Part shown: piece by piece, positions 29,107 through 39,148 of the stretch
Position numbering within the stretch: position 1 is the first letter of the stretch
How the letters are laid out: the number at the start of each line of letters is the position of its first letter
Origin: Chitinophagaceae bacterium
GTDB lineage: Bacteria; Bacteroidota; Bacteroidia; Chitinophagales; Chitinophagaceae
Assembly: GCA_040404045.1 (NCBI GenBank)
Contig: JBBAJN010000002.1
Location: 2,514-66,513, forward strand
Length of the DNA stretch: 64,000 bases
Direction: 5' to 3'
Notes under the pieces: model-generated
The model's database searches: none
What the model was told of the DNA's origin: nothing
The model's input: the letters and a program-made list of their open reading frames with translations, nothing else
Position numbers and translations under genes: made by a program

Positions 29107-30749
29107 TAAAAATTGATATCAAATACGAGCTCTTCTGCACCGCGTTTCACTACTACTTTTGTGGCATCGCCTTTCTTGAATTTAGCCAGCGCTTCCATAT
29201 ATGACTGGACCGAACTCACTTTGTAATCTCCGAGTTGAACAACTACATCACTGGCCTTCAATCCTGCTTTCTGCGCTGCGCGTCCCTCGCTTACACCATC
29301 TACACGAACTCCTGATCCAGCATAGGTATAATCCGGAATGATGCCCATCGAAACCGTGAAGCGGCTGGAGGTGCCCATCTGTTGTTCGCGTGTTTTTGTA
29401 AAAACCAGTTTACCCGTAGTGGATGTACTGCTGATGATCTCCGTAATAAAACGAATGATCTGCCACTCGCCGATGTAATTGATCCGGGGCGCATCATCAG
29501 AAGGCTTATGATAGTCACTATGAATACCTGTAAAGAAAAAGAGAACGGGAATATCTTTTCGGTAGAATGATGTGTGATCGCTTGGTCCTGTTCCACTGGA
29601 ATCGATCTTAATACCAAACCCCGTTTTGGCATTGGTCTTCACCACAGAAGCCCAGGTTGGTGATGTTCCATAACCACCAACGGTCACCATTTTCGTTGTG
29701 TCGTTCATTCTGCCTACCATGTCCATATTGATCATGTAACTGACGGTACGAAGATCAACGGTAGGATGTTCAACAAAATATTTAGATCCAAACAGTCCCA
29801 GCTCTTCGCCAGAAAAAGCAATGAACAGGTAGTTTTGATTCTTAAGTTTAGACTTCTTCAAGAGGCTGGCTAATTCAAGCAGGGCCGCCGTACCACTGGC
29901 ATTATCGTCGGCTCCGTTATGAATAAGTTGTTCTCCCGTCCGAATCATAGAATTACCATCTTCGCCATATCCCAAGTGATCAAAATGCGCGCCAAGCACC
30001 ACCGTATTGGCGGCTCCGTTATCAATATAACCAACCACATTATGCGCCGTCCTGGATTTTGGTGCCGTTTCAATTTTAATCCTGAGATCGTAAGACGCCT
30101 CGGCATCACTAAAGTTCTCCATCCATGCCTTTCGTGTAACATACAACACAGGAATGGAGGCTTTGTCCGACTTGTCTTTACCATCGAACTTCAGCTCCTC
30201 GGCATTGGCCTCTGTATTATACAAGACCACCGCCGTTGACCCTTTATCGCTGGCATTCTTAATCTGTGCGCGTATCCATGTAGCCTGGTCAAAATGCGGG
30301 TTGTCTTTGTTGGCGATCAAACCCTCCGCAAGGTTCAGGAACCATGGCGAACCCCGTTCTGCAATGGAAACAGAGCTGAGGGATTCGATCAATTTCGTAT
30401 CGGGGCTGAACCCAAGCGGGTAAAATTCCACGCCGGCCTTGAGATCCTTACCATTCACGTTGAAAAGCGACGACTTCAGCAACTCACGACCCTCGTCAAT
30501 AGTAAATGGTTGGAGGAAGCTATTGTTATCGCCTTTGGGTGTCAGGCCCGCGCTAATGAACTTTTCTGTAATATACTTCACCGCCAATGCTTCACCGGGA
30601 GTTCCTGCCCTTCGGCCCTCTAATTTATCATCTGCCAGGTAGGTGATGTGGGATTTCAGGGACTCCACCAGTTGTTTGTCTGCCTTCTTCAGTTTCTGGG
30701 CAAATGCGAACACAGGCAACAGAAGAAAGACAAAGAGTATATTTTTCAT
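29106..30749 (-). CDS. M28 family aminopeptidase with PA-like insert and C-terminal PDZ domain
   Basis: Signal peptide; LGAHFDHLG, NGADDNASG, FSGEELGLFGS, INMDMVG, PSDH, DYHKPSD; PDZ GVRVDGVSEG. ATG 30749. Confidence 0.9.
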   Translation of the reverse strand: MKNILFVFLLLPVFAFAQKLKKADKQLVESLKSHITYLADDKLEGRRAGTPGEALAVKYITEKFISAGLTPKGDNNSFLQPFTIDEGRELLKSSLFNVNGKDLKAGVEFYPLGFSPDTKLIESLSSVSIAERGSPWFLNLAEGLIANKDNPHFDQATWIRAQIKNASDKGSTAVVLYNTEANAEELKFDGKDKSDKASIPVLYVTRKAWMENFSDAEASYDLRIKIETAPKSRTAHNVVGYIDNGAANTVVLGAHFDHLGYGEDGNSMIRTGEQLIHNGADDNASGTAALLELASLLKKSKLKNQNYLFIAFSGEELGLFGSKYFVEHPTVDLRTVSYMINMDMVGRMNDTTKMVTVGGYGTSPTWASVVKTNAKTGFGIKIDSSGTGPSDHTSFYRKDIPVLFFFTGIHSDYHKPSDDAPRINYIGEWQIIRFITEIISSTSTTGKLVFTKTREQQMGTSSRFTVSMGIIPDYTYAGSGVRVDGVSEGRAAQKAGLKASDVVVQLGDYKVSSVQSYMEALAKFKKGDATKVVVKRGAEELVFDINF

Positions 30750-30897
30750 GATAATCGTCGCAATTATGGGCAAATTTAAGCATGCGCCTCAACACTGGCT
30801 GTTTAATATTGTTATAATATCCGCCTCCCGTTTGCCTTTTTTCCCCTTTCGTAAATGGATATAGTTGGGTTAAGCTAATTTTACAGACTGTAAACTT

Positions 30898-33003
30898 TTG
30901 ACAAGCAATCTACATATCGCCCTGCTCGGGAACCCCAATAGTGGAAAAAGCTCCTTGTTCAATGCCCTGACGGGCCTGAACCAGAAAGTGGGGAATTTTC
31001 CAGGCGTCACCGTTGAAAAGAAAACAGGGCACACTTCCCTGTCTCCCCAGACCAAAGCCACCATCATTGACCTACCCGGTTCTTACAGCCTCTACCCGAG
31101 GCGGGCAGACGAGTGGGTCTCTTACCGCGCTGTGATGGAGCCGGAAACAGAGATCAACCTGATCGTGGTCATTGTGGATGCCAGCAACCTGCAGCGTAAC
31201 TTGTTGTATGCCTCACAGGTGGCTGATCTCCAGAAACCAGTAGTGATTGCGCTGACCATGATGGACCTGGTTAAAAAGAAAGGCATTACGATAGATGTGG
31301 AAGGACTGGCGCGCAAGCTCAACCTTCCGGTAGTCCCGATCAACCCAAGGAAAAACGAAGGCATCGCAGAGCTGAAAAGGGTGATGGAGAAAACGGCAAA
31401 GCAGACACTTCCGTTCAAACAGTTTGTGGAATTAGGTGAACTGGCTAAAGCGCCTGTTGAAGAACTGAAAGCGGTTTTCCCCGGCTTAAGCGACTATTCC
31501 GCCGTTCATCTTTTGATCAATCACGAATCCATGTCATTTAAAAATGACATGCAGGACAGGATCGAAAAGATAGAGCGCGACAATAATTTCAACCATACTA
31601 AGGTACAAGCAGAGGAGATCCTCAAGCGTTACGGTCGTATCAGAACCATCATCGACGAAACTGTAAAGCAGGAAGGACCCCCGAAAGAAGAACTGCGCAG
31701 CAAAATTGACCAGATCCTCCTCCACAGGGTGTGGGGCTACCTGATCATGTTTGCCGTCCTCTTTGTTTTGTTTCAATCCGTATTCTGGATCGCAGAATAT
31801 CCCATGACCGCCATTGAGCACGTCATAGGATCCCTGGGCTCATGGCTGACCAACCAGCTCTCTGAGAACTGGTTCAGCAATTTGCTGGTTAACGGTTTTC
31901 TGGCCGGCCTCAGCGGAATCCTTGTGTTTGTACCACAGATCATGATTTTGTTTGGGCTGATCACTTTGTTAGAGGATACCGGCTATATGGCCCGGATCAG
32001 TTTCCTAACGGACAGGATCATGCGAAAAGTTGGCTTGAACGGAAAAAGTGTAATGCCCATGATCAGTGGCTTTGCCTGCGCCGTACCAGCCATCATGAGC
32101 GCGCGTAACATCGAGAACAGAAAAGAACGCCTGCTCACCATCATGATCACACCGTTGATGAGTTGCAGTGCCCGTTTACCGGTATATACCATCCTCATCG
32201 CACTGGTGATCCCAAAGCAATCTGTACTTGGCGTACTTAGCCTGCAGGGTTTGGTGATGATGGGTTTGTATCTGCTGGGCCTGGTAATGGCTATGCTTGT
32301 GGCCTACGTCATGAAACTTTTTATCAGGCTTGAAGAAAAAAGCTTTTTTATCCTCGAGCTGCCGGTCTACCGCTCCCCGAGGTGGAAGAACGTGTTCATT
32401 ACCATGATCGAGAAAGCCAAGATCTTTGTGGTGGATGCCGGTAAGGTGATCATGGTGATCTCTTTGCTGCTTTGGGCCCTGAGTTCCTTTGGTCCCCCCG
32501 AAGCCCGTGAGCAAGTCAGGGCCTCCTATGACCGAGCGATCGCGGAGTACCCTGAAAAAACAGATGAACTTCGCGCGGTAAGGGATGCCGCATTGCTGGA
32601 GAATTCATATGCCGGGATTGCTGGTCATGTAATAGAACCAGTGATCAGGCCTTTGGGGTATGATTGGAAAATCGGGATTGCGCTGATCACTTCGTTTGCT
32701 GCCAGGGAGGTATTTGTTGGAACGATGGCAACCCTGTATAGTGTAGGCGACCAGGATAGTGATGATAACCAGACTCTGCGACAAAAAATGAACGCTGCTG
32801 TCAAACCAGATGGCTCCAAGGTGTATACACTGGCCACCGGAGTTTCATTGATGATCTTCTACGTACTGGCCATGCAGTGCATGAGTACCCTGGCGGTGGT
32901 GAAAAGGGAAACGGGCAGTTGGAAATGGGCTGTGATACAATTCGTGTATATGACCGCCCTGGCTTACCTCCTCAGTTGGGCAGCCTATGCCATCCTCTCA
33001 TAA
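30898..33003 (+). CDS. feoB: Ferrous iron transport protein FeoB
   Basis: GNPNSGKSSLFN, VGNFPGVTVE, DLPG, gate-domain GFACAVPAIM and LMSCSARLPVY; TTG start. Confidence 0.97.
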   Translation: MTSNLHIALLGNPNSGKSSLFNALTGLNQKVGNFPGVTVEKKTGHTSLSPQTKATIIDLPGSYSLYPRRADEWVSYRAVMEPETEINLIVVIVDASNLQRNLLYASQVADLQKPVVIALTMMDLVKKKGITIDVEGLARKLNLPVVPINPRKNEGIAELKRVMEKTAKQTLPFKQFVELGELAKAPVEELKAVFPGLSDYSAVHLLINHESMSFKNDMQDRIEKIERDNNFNHTKVQAEEILKRYGRIRTIIDETVKQEGPPKEELRSKIDQILLHRVWGYLIMFAVLFVLFQSVFWIAEYPMTAIEHVIGSLGSWLTNQLSENWFSNLLVNGFLAGLSGILVFVPQIMILFGLITLLEDTGYMARISFLTDRIMRKVGLNGKSVMPMISGFACAVPAIMSARNIENRKERLLTIMITPLMSCSARLPVYTILIALVIPKQSVLGVLSLQGLVMMGLYLLGLVMAMLVAYVMKLFIRLEEKSFFILELPVYRSPRWKNVFITMIEKAKIFVVDAGKVIMVISLLLWALSSFGPPEAREQVRASYDRAIAEYPEKTDELRAVRDAALLENSYAGIAGHVIEPVIRPLGYDWKIGIALITSFAAREVFVGTMATLYSVGDQDSDDNQTLRQKMNAAVKPDGSKVYTLATGVSLMIFYVLAMQCMSTLAVVKRETGSWKWAVIQFVYMTALAYLLSWAAYAILS

Positions 33004-33008
33004 GAAAA

Positions 33009-34160
33009 TCAGGTCCGGCTCCTGATGCGCATCCTCAACTCACTTAACAACTGATTATACATATCACGCATCATCTGGTCGTTAGTTGTTGAATTCCAAC
33101 GGTTATTCACCAGCTCCCAATCCGCAGGGCCGAGCGCCCTTGAATCACCAGAGAAGGTTGCCGTTTCAAAAATGGCGGCATTGTTCACATTCACGCGATT
33201 CCATTCGAGGTTGGTATTTGTTTCAACATCCACGATCCGATAATCGATATCTGCACCGGGGTTCTGGAACCTGGTCACAGACAATGTGGCCTTCACATTC
33301 TGATAGACAGGCTTTCCTGCAGTGTCTTTCCCTATCTCTACATTCCTGGACAACTGCCTGTTGTATCTGTTCAGGATGGTTGGTGGCATCGATAAGTTAC
33401 CCCAGCTGATGTCCACGATCCAGTCCGGCCTGATATTCAGCCGTCTGGCATCCATATCTGTGAAGAACCTGGCAGAACCTATCCCCATCTGGCCACCAAG
33501 GTCCCTCGCTAATTGTTCGTGCATAAACCGAACCCGCATGTCGTTATTCCAGCTATTGCCCCAATTTCCATTGTAAAGCCTGTCCTGCACCGGATTAATC
33601 ATGATGTTTACGATACTGCGCTCATACGCCTCCCGTTGCAGCCTGCTGACATCCTTGTAGTTGGGCACATACTGGCCTGATTTCTGAAAAAACTGGTGGG
33701 CATTCCTCGCACCTTCCCGGGTGTCTTCCCTCATTTCCTGAAGCCCGGCATTGTAATATACCTCTGCTGCCTCTTCACGCACCCTTTGCTGCTCCTCAAA
33801 ATAGTTTCTGGCATCCACATCCCTAAAGACCGATGAGGTCCGTATTGCGTCGCTGAGGCGCTGGAGGGAATTAAACTCACTGATCATCTGATCATATCTT
33901 CTCAGGTCAGAAGAGCCCCTGTATGCAGAAATCCTGTCTTCGTGACCCTGCACAGCCTGTTTGAACAGGTCCTTCACGTCTGCTTTTAGTTGAGGATCAT
34001 TCGGTTTTTTCTCAAGTTTTTTCAGGGTTTCAAAGAAAACCCGATCTTCTGAGTAAGAAACCGCTTTCTGGGGATTTCGGCACCCTGAACCCAGCAGCGT
34101 GACGAACAAAAGGATAAGGGGAAAGTAATTTCTCATGTGCAGGTCTTTCTTATTGGACAT
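33009..34160 (-). CDS. Conserved hypothetical lipoprotein (helical N-half, alpha/beta C-half)
   Basis: Lipobox LGSG/C after MRNYFPLILLFVTLL (start 34136 or 34160); family not recognised. Confidence 0.6.
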   Translation of the reverse strand: MSNKKDLHMRNYFPLILLFVTLLGSGCRNPQKAVSYSEDRVFFETLKKLEKKPNDPQLKADVKDLFKQAVQGHEDRISAYRGSSDLRRYDQMISEFNSLQRLSDAIRTSSVFRDVDARNYFEEQQRVREEAAEVYYNAGLQEMREDTREGARNAHQFFQKSGQYVPNYKDVSRLQREAYERSIVNIMINPVQDRLYNGNWGNSWNNDMRVRFMHEQLARDLGGQMGIGSARFFTDMDARRLNIRPDWIVDISWGNLSMPPTILNRYNRQLSRNVEIGKDTAGKPVYQNVKATLSVTRFQNPGADIDYRIVDVETNTNLEWNRVNVNNAAIFETATFSGDSRALGPADWELVNNRWNSTTNDQMMRDMYNQLLSELRMRIRSRT

Positions 34161-34215
34161 GTATTTGTTCCGAAAGGTACAAGGCAGCCCGCTAAAGAAA
34201 CGTGAAATTCAATTT

Positions 34216-34836
34216 CTACAACACGCCCAGGGCAGCCAATTCATTCCTGAACTGGGCAGGATTCTGGAAATGAATCGTGTGCATACCAAGTTCGCGGGCC
34301 GGATGCAGGTTCCTTGCATTGTCGTCCGTATACACGGCAGTATGCGGATCCACATCGAATCGGTCTATGATCATGTGGTAGATGTCCGGAAATGGTTTCC
34401 GTGTTTTCTCTTCGCCCGAAACCACCCTGCCATCAAACCAGTGCAGGAAATCAAATCTCTCCAATGCTATCGGGAATGTCTCAGCGCTCCAGTTGGTGAG
34501 TGCGAGTAACTTGTACTTCCTGGTTTCCTTAAGTACCCTGAAGATCTCTACCGTATCATGGATAGGGCCATGTAACATTTCTTCCCACCTGCCATAATAA
34601 GCGCGGATATTATGTTCATGATCCGGAAACTCCTTCACCAGTAGTTCAGTAGCTTCATGAAGGGTTCTGCCTGCATCCTGTTCTTCGTTCCAGTGCGGCG
34701 TACAGATGTTATCGTAAAACCATTTCATCTCTTCCTCGTTATCGAAAATGGTTTTATATACGTAATCCGGGTTCCAGTCCACCAGTACACCGCCCAGGTC
34801 AAATATGATTGTTCTAATCTCCGCCATGATCTCCAA
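34216..34836 (-). CDS. HAD-superfamily phosphatase
   Basis: IIFDLGGVL, LTNWS, RKPFPDIY, DDNARN. Confidence 0.9.
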   Translation of the reverse strand: MEIMAEIRTIIFDLGGVLVDWNPDYVYKTIFDNEEEMKWFYDNICTPHWNEEQDAGRTLHEATELLVKEFPDHEHNIRAYYGRWEEMLHGPIHDTVEIFRVLKETRKYKLLALTNWSAETFPIALERFDFLHWFDGRVVSGEEKTRKPFPDIYHMIIDRFDVDPHTAVYTDDNARNLHPARELGMHTIHFQNPAQFRNELAALGVL

Positions 34837-34861
34837 ATTTAACTACATAAATCCAACCTTG

Positions 34862-35869
34862 TTAACTAATTCCCTCCCTGGCACTGATCTCCAGCATCCT
34901 GTCCATTGGTTTTTTTGCCGCGAGCCTTAGTGACTCTTCCATGAAGATCTCTGGTTGCTCATATTTCATGCAGAGATAGAGTTTTTCGAGTGTGTTCAGC
35001 TTCATATGCGGGCAATCATTACAAGCGCACGCATTATCGGGCGGCGCCGGAATAAAGGTTTTTTCGGGAGAATTCTTCATCATCTGGTGAAGAATACCCG
35101 TTTCAGTAGCAACGATGAAGGATTTTGATGGATCCTTCTCCGTAAACTTCAGCAATTGGGTGGTTGACCCGATATAATCAGCCACTTTGAGAATAGGATC
35201 TTCACATTCCGGATGCGCGATCAATTTAGCCTCCGGATGGCGGAGTTTTAGTTTGGTGATCTTTTCCAGGCTGAAGATCTCATGCACCATACAAGCTCCG
35301 TTCCATAGTAACATATTACGGCCGGTCACATTGTTGATGTAAGCACCCAGATTCCTGTCCGGTGCAAATATGATGGGTTGATCCTTGGGAAAACTATTCA
35401 CAATGGCCACAGCATTGCTGCTGGTGCAGATGACATCGCTAAGGGCCTTGATCCCCGCGCTGCAGTTGATATATGAAATGACCACATGATCCGGGTTTTC
35501 TTCCCTGAACTTTTTAAACAATGGCGGTGGACAGGAGTCACTCAAAGAACATCCTGCTTTCAGATCGGGAATCACCACTTTTTTGGTAGGATTAAGGATC
35601 TTGGCTGTTTCAGCCATAAAATGAACGCCAGCAAAAACGATCATGTCTGCCTGGGTCTTCTCAGCTTGCCGGGCTAACCCGAGGCTATCCCCGATATAAT
35701 CCGCCACATCCTGGATATCCGGCTCCTGGTAATAGTGCGCGAGAAGCACGGCATTTTTTTCTTTTTTCAATCTGTTGATCTCAGCGAAAAGATCGAGCGT
35801 GGGATCTATCTCCACATCGTAAAAACCACGTTGCTGGATCTGGGCAATATCATTGTGTATAAGAGCCAT
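34862..35869 (-). CDS. nadA: Quinolinate synthase NadA
   Basis: [54 protein letters not shown]. Confidence 0.98.
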   Translation of the reverse strand: MALIHNDIAQIQQRGFYDVEIDPTLDLFAEINRLKKEKNAVLLAHYYQEPDIQDVADYIGDSLGLARQAEKTQADMIVFAGVHFMAETAKILNPTKKVVIPDLKAGCSLSDSCPPPLFKKFREENPDHVVISYINCSAGIKALSDVICTSSNAVAIVNSFPKDQPIIFAPDRNLGAYINNVTGRNMLLWNGACMVHEIFSLEKITKLKLRHPEAKLIAHPECEDPILKVADYIGSTTQLLKFTEKDPSKSFIVATETGILHQMMKNSPEKTFIPAPPDNACACNDCPHMKLNTLEKLYLCMKYEQPEIFMEESLRLAAKKPMDRMLEISAREGIS

Positions 35870-35879
35870 AGTATTTATA

Positions 35880-36385
35880 GTACTTATTTATATTTAAAAT
35901 TACCTATTACTATTATGTCTGTGAATTAGGGGATATAAAAACTGTTTCATTTTTGGAATTTGATAAATCCCTTGTTTATCCACGCTAATTCACAAATAGT
36001 GAACATTCTAAATTCTCCTGTTTTCGGGCGAATTGCCATCTTTTACACAGTGTGGGTATCTTAACCCGGCGGATAATTATTCCTCGCTGTGAATCAATGA
36101 CCCTGTTGATAACAGCAGGCAAAACTAAATTAACCAAAGAGTATGGGTAAAAAATCTCCATTCCCAAACTTATTTACCGCCTTTGCGTCCACAATTTCCA
36201 CTGCCCAAACACCGGCTTTTCCACCGAAAACGTGGTTATTCACATATTCATTGTGAAAACAGACAATCGGCCTCCAACCTCCCTGCCGGCAATTCACACC
36301 CCCCTGTGGAATACCCCGCCAGCTCCAAAGTGAAATCCAGTATTTATGCTGTTTTAGCCCGTTTTCCACAGTTTGTTGATAAACA
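35880..36385. other. Putative chromosomal replication origin (oriC)
   Basis: About a dozen DnaA-box-like 9-mers, e.g. TTATCCACG 35976, TAATTCACA 35986, TGTTGATAA 36104 and 36374, TTATTCACA 36236, TGTGGAATA 36305, TTTTCCACA 36362. Terminal box TGTGAATTA 35920-35928 sits next to trio-like TATTACTATTAT 35905-35916 and an AT-rich tract. By eye the + strand shifts from C-rich to G-rich around here. Confidence 0.85.
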
Positions 36386-36431
36386 CAATTTCACCTATTT
36401 TTGCCCTCCATTTTTAAATACAATAATTATT

Positions 36432-38558
36432 ATGTCCATAATCCAGTCGTTGAGAGATAAGGCAGCTGTCCTTCTTACGGGACTTATTGCATTGAGTCTC
36501 ATAGGATTTCTTGTTCAGGATGCCTTCATTGGAAGGAGCAGTGGCGCCTTTACAGGCAACACCACAACTGTTGGTTCAATTAACGGAACAGAAATCGACG
36601 CCCAGGAGTTCAACACCAAGGTGAGGATGTTTGAGGAATCAAACCGCCAGCAGGGTATGCAAAGTAACGAAATGATGACCCAGAACATCGTTGAAAATGT
36701 TTGGAATACCTATATCCAGGAGAATCTGATCAAAACCGAAGCCGACAAGCTGGGCATCAGTTTTACCGCCAAAGAAATGAGTGATCTGTTGTTCAGCGAG
36801 AATGCTCCCCAGGAGTTCAAACAACTTTTCACTGATCAGACCACCGGCCAGTTCAATATTCAGGCTGCAAGGACCTGGTTCAGCAATATTAAGAAGAGCA
36901 AGAAGCCCGAAGAAGTGAAAATGGTGAACGAGCAGTTGATCGATCCATTGATCACCCGCCAGCTTGCTGAAAAATACAGCACCATCATCAGCCAGGGCAG
37001 CTATGTTCCAAAATGGATGGTTGAGAAACTCACGTCCGACAACAGTGCTTTTGCCTCGCTGAATTATGCCATGGTCCCCTACGGTACCATCGCGGATACT
37101 GCAGTTAAAGTAAGCGACGACGAGATCAATAAATATGTATCAAGTCACAAGGACGAGTTCAAACAGGATAAGACAAGGAGCATTGCTTATGTAACATTTG
37201 ACGCCAATCCAACATCTGTGGATAGCGCAGCGGTTTTCAATAAGCTTGTTGCTGTTAAGGAAGAACTTGCAAGCGCTACGGATCCCAAATCGGTGGTTGC
37301 GCGTAACGGAAGTACGATGCCCTATTTCGATGGCTATGTGTTGAAGTCGAGGTTGGCCATGGATGCTAAGGATAGTCTGGTTGCAGTACCAGTGGGTGGT
37401 GTTGTTGGTCCTTACCGCGATGCCAATGCCTATGTTGTTGCCAAGAAGGTGGACGTCAGGCAACTGCCGGACTCCGTGAAAGTGCGCCATATATTGATCG
37501 GCGTGGTAGATCCAAGGACAGGCCAGCCCAGGCGTGCGGACAGCGCGGCAAAGAAAACAGTGGACAGTTTGTTTGCTGCCATCAAATCCGGGGCCGACTT
37601 CAGGACCATTGCTGCAACATTCAGCGAAGATGAGGGCAGCAAGAACAATGGTGGTGAATACAATTTCTCTTCAGTTGATATGGGCAACCTCGCGAAAGGC
37701 TTTAGCGATTTTGCTTTCTACAAACCAACAGGAAGTCGCGATGTGGTAAAAACAGAATTTGGCTATCACATCATGGAAGTGATGAGCCAGAAGAATTTCG
37801 AAGAGTCATACAAAATAGCATATGTTTCCAAACCTATTTTGTCAAGCGAAGAAACAGATAATACGGCCTCTTCTGCCGCAACACAGTTTGCCGGGAACAG
37901 TCGTGATCTGAAGTCCTTCGAGCAAAACATATCCAAAAACAACTTGGTTAAAAGACTGGCGGACGGCATCAAAGAAATTGATTACTCTGTTTCAGGTATG
38001 CCTTCAAGGCCTTTTGTGAAATGGATCTGGGAAAACAAAGTGGGCACTGTATCTGAGCCATTTGATTTCAAGGATAAGTATGTTGTTGCTGTGATCACCG
38101 GAGCAAACGAAACGGGTGTTCAGTCTGCTGCTTCTGCCAGGATAACTGTTGAGCCCATCATCAGGAATCAGAAGAAAGCAGCAATGATCATCAAGAAGGT
38201 TGGGAAAGTACCCACACTGGAAGCCATGGCTGCGGCAGGAGGTCAAACCGGCCAGATCGATACCCTCAGGTTCAGCGATCCGTTTATTCCAAATATTGGC
38301 CCAGAAGTGCGGGTGATCGGAGCAGCGTTCAACAAGGCCAACCAGGGCAAAGTTTCTGGTTTTATTGAGGGCCAGACTGGTGTGTTTGCTGTTAAAACAA
38401 ACGCGATCGGCGCATTGCCGAACACCTCTGGCGGTGATCTCGAGAACCAGCGCCGTGCCATGCAGGCTCAGCTTAAGCAGTACAGTGCATATGGAAGTTT
38501 CGAAGCGCTGAAAAAAGCCGCTAAGATCGAAGATACCCGCAGGGCCGCCGGCTTCTAA
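36432..38558 (+). CDS. Periplasmic chaperone / peptidylprolyl isomerase (PpiD/SurA N-terminal plus parvulin domain)
   Basis: MSIIQSLRDK plus TM anchor; VKVRHILI, FSEDEGSKNNGG, VKTEFGYHI. True start ATG 36432, with -7 element TATTTTTG at 36396. Confidence 0.88.
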   Translation: MSIIQSLRDKAAVLLTGLIALSLIGFLVQDAFIGRSSGAFTGNTTTVGSINGTEIDAQEFNTKVRMFEESNRQQGMQSNEMMTQNIVENVWNTYIQENLIKTEADKLGISFTAKEMSDLLFSENAPQEFKQLFTDQTTGQFNIQAARTWFSNIKKSKKPEEVKMVNEQLIDPLITRQLAEKYSTIISQGSYVPKWMVEKLTSDNSAFASLNYAMVPYGTIADTAVKVSDDEINKYVSSHKDEFKQDKTRSIAYVTFDANPTSVDSAAVFNKLVAVKEELASATDPKSVVARNGSTMPYFDGYVLKSRLAMDAKDSLVAVPVGGVVGPYRDANAYVVAKKVDVRQLPDSVKVRHILIGVVDPRTGQPRRADSAAKKTVDSLFAAIKSGADFRTIAATFSEDEGSKNNGGEYNFSSVDMGNLAKGFSDFAFYKPTGSRDVVKTEFGYHIMEVMSQKNFEESYKIAYVSKPILSSEETDNTASSAATQFAGNSRDLKSFEQNISKNNLVKRLADGIKEIDYSVSGMPSRPFVKWIWENKVGTVSEPFDFKDKYVVAVITGANETGVQSAASARITVEPIIRNQKKAAMIIKKVGKVPTLEAMAAAGGQTGQIDTLRFSDPFIPNIGPEVRVIGAAFNKANQGKVSGFIEGQTGVFAVKTNAIGALPNTSGGDLENQRRAMQAQLKQYSAYGSFEALKKAAKIEDTRRAAGF

Positions 38559-38579
38559 GGATTCTTCTATTCGATATTG

Positions 38580-38606
38580 AAAGGCTCCCCCGAGGGAGCC
38601 TTTTTT
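38580..38606 (+). terminator. Intrinsic terminator after the PpiD-like gene
   Basis: AAGGCTCCC-CCGA-GGGAGCCTT followed by TTTT. Confidence 0.9.
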
Positions 38607-38620
38607 ATTAACTTTGCAAT

Positions 38621-39130
38621 ATGGATGGCACTATTGTAAATAAAGTTGCTGAGAGTGGTCTGATTACGCTGGACCTGGAAACCTTTTACCCTACCGAGGA
38701 GATCCTGGCCTTTGACCTTAAGGACCATCTGTTCATGGGCCTGATCTTAAAGGAGAAAGACTTCAGGGCAGCATTGGCAAATATGGATTGGGAGAGCTTC
38801 AGAGATCAATACGTAACCCTTTTCTGCTCTGCAGATGCGATCATCCCTTTATGGGCCTATATGCTGGTCAGCAGCCAGCTCAGCGGGGTTGCCCGCAGGA
38901 TATTTTCCGGCTCGCCAGAAGAAGCGAGAAAACAGTTGTTTATGGAAAGGCTGAAAGCGATAGACAGCAATGATTTTGCTGACAAGCGCGTAGTCATCAA
39001 GGGTTGCGGAGACCTGGAAATAGGGGAGTATGCCTATATAGAGATCACCAATAAACTCACCCCTGTGGTGAAGAGCCTAATGTACGGTGAACCCTGTTCA
39101 ACCGTGCCGGTGTACAAGAGGAAAATGTGA
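38621..39130 (+). CDS. DUF2480 family protein
   Basis: IVNKVAESGLITLDLE, GLILKEKDFR, DAIIPLWAYML, VVIKGC, KSLMYGEPCSTVPVYK. Confidence 0.85.
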   Translation: MDGTIVNKVAESGLITLDLETFYPTEEILAFDLKDHLFMGLILKEKDFRAALANMDWESFRDQYVTLFCSADAIIPLWAYMLVSSQLSGVARRIFSGSPEEARKQLFMERLKAIDSNDFADKRVVIKGCGDLEIGEYAYIEITNKLTPVVKSLMYGEPCSTVPVYKRKM

Positions 39131-39148
39131 GGAATGTGGTGAATACAA

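Noticed and set aside
36183-36431. 83-codon N-terminal extension of the PpiD-like ORF in the track
   Set aside because: It runs through the DnaA-box cluster; the family-type N-terminus and a -7 element support ATG 36432.
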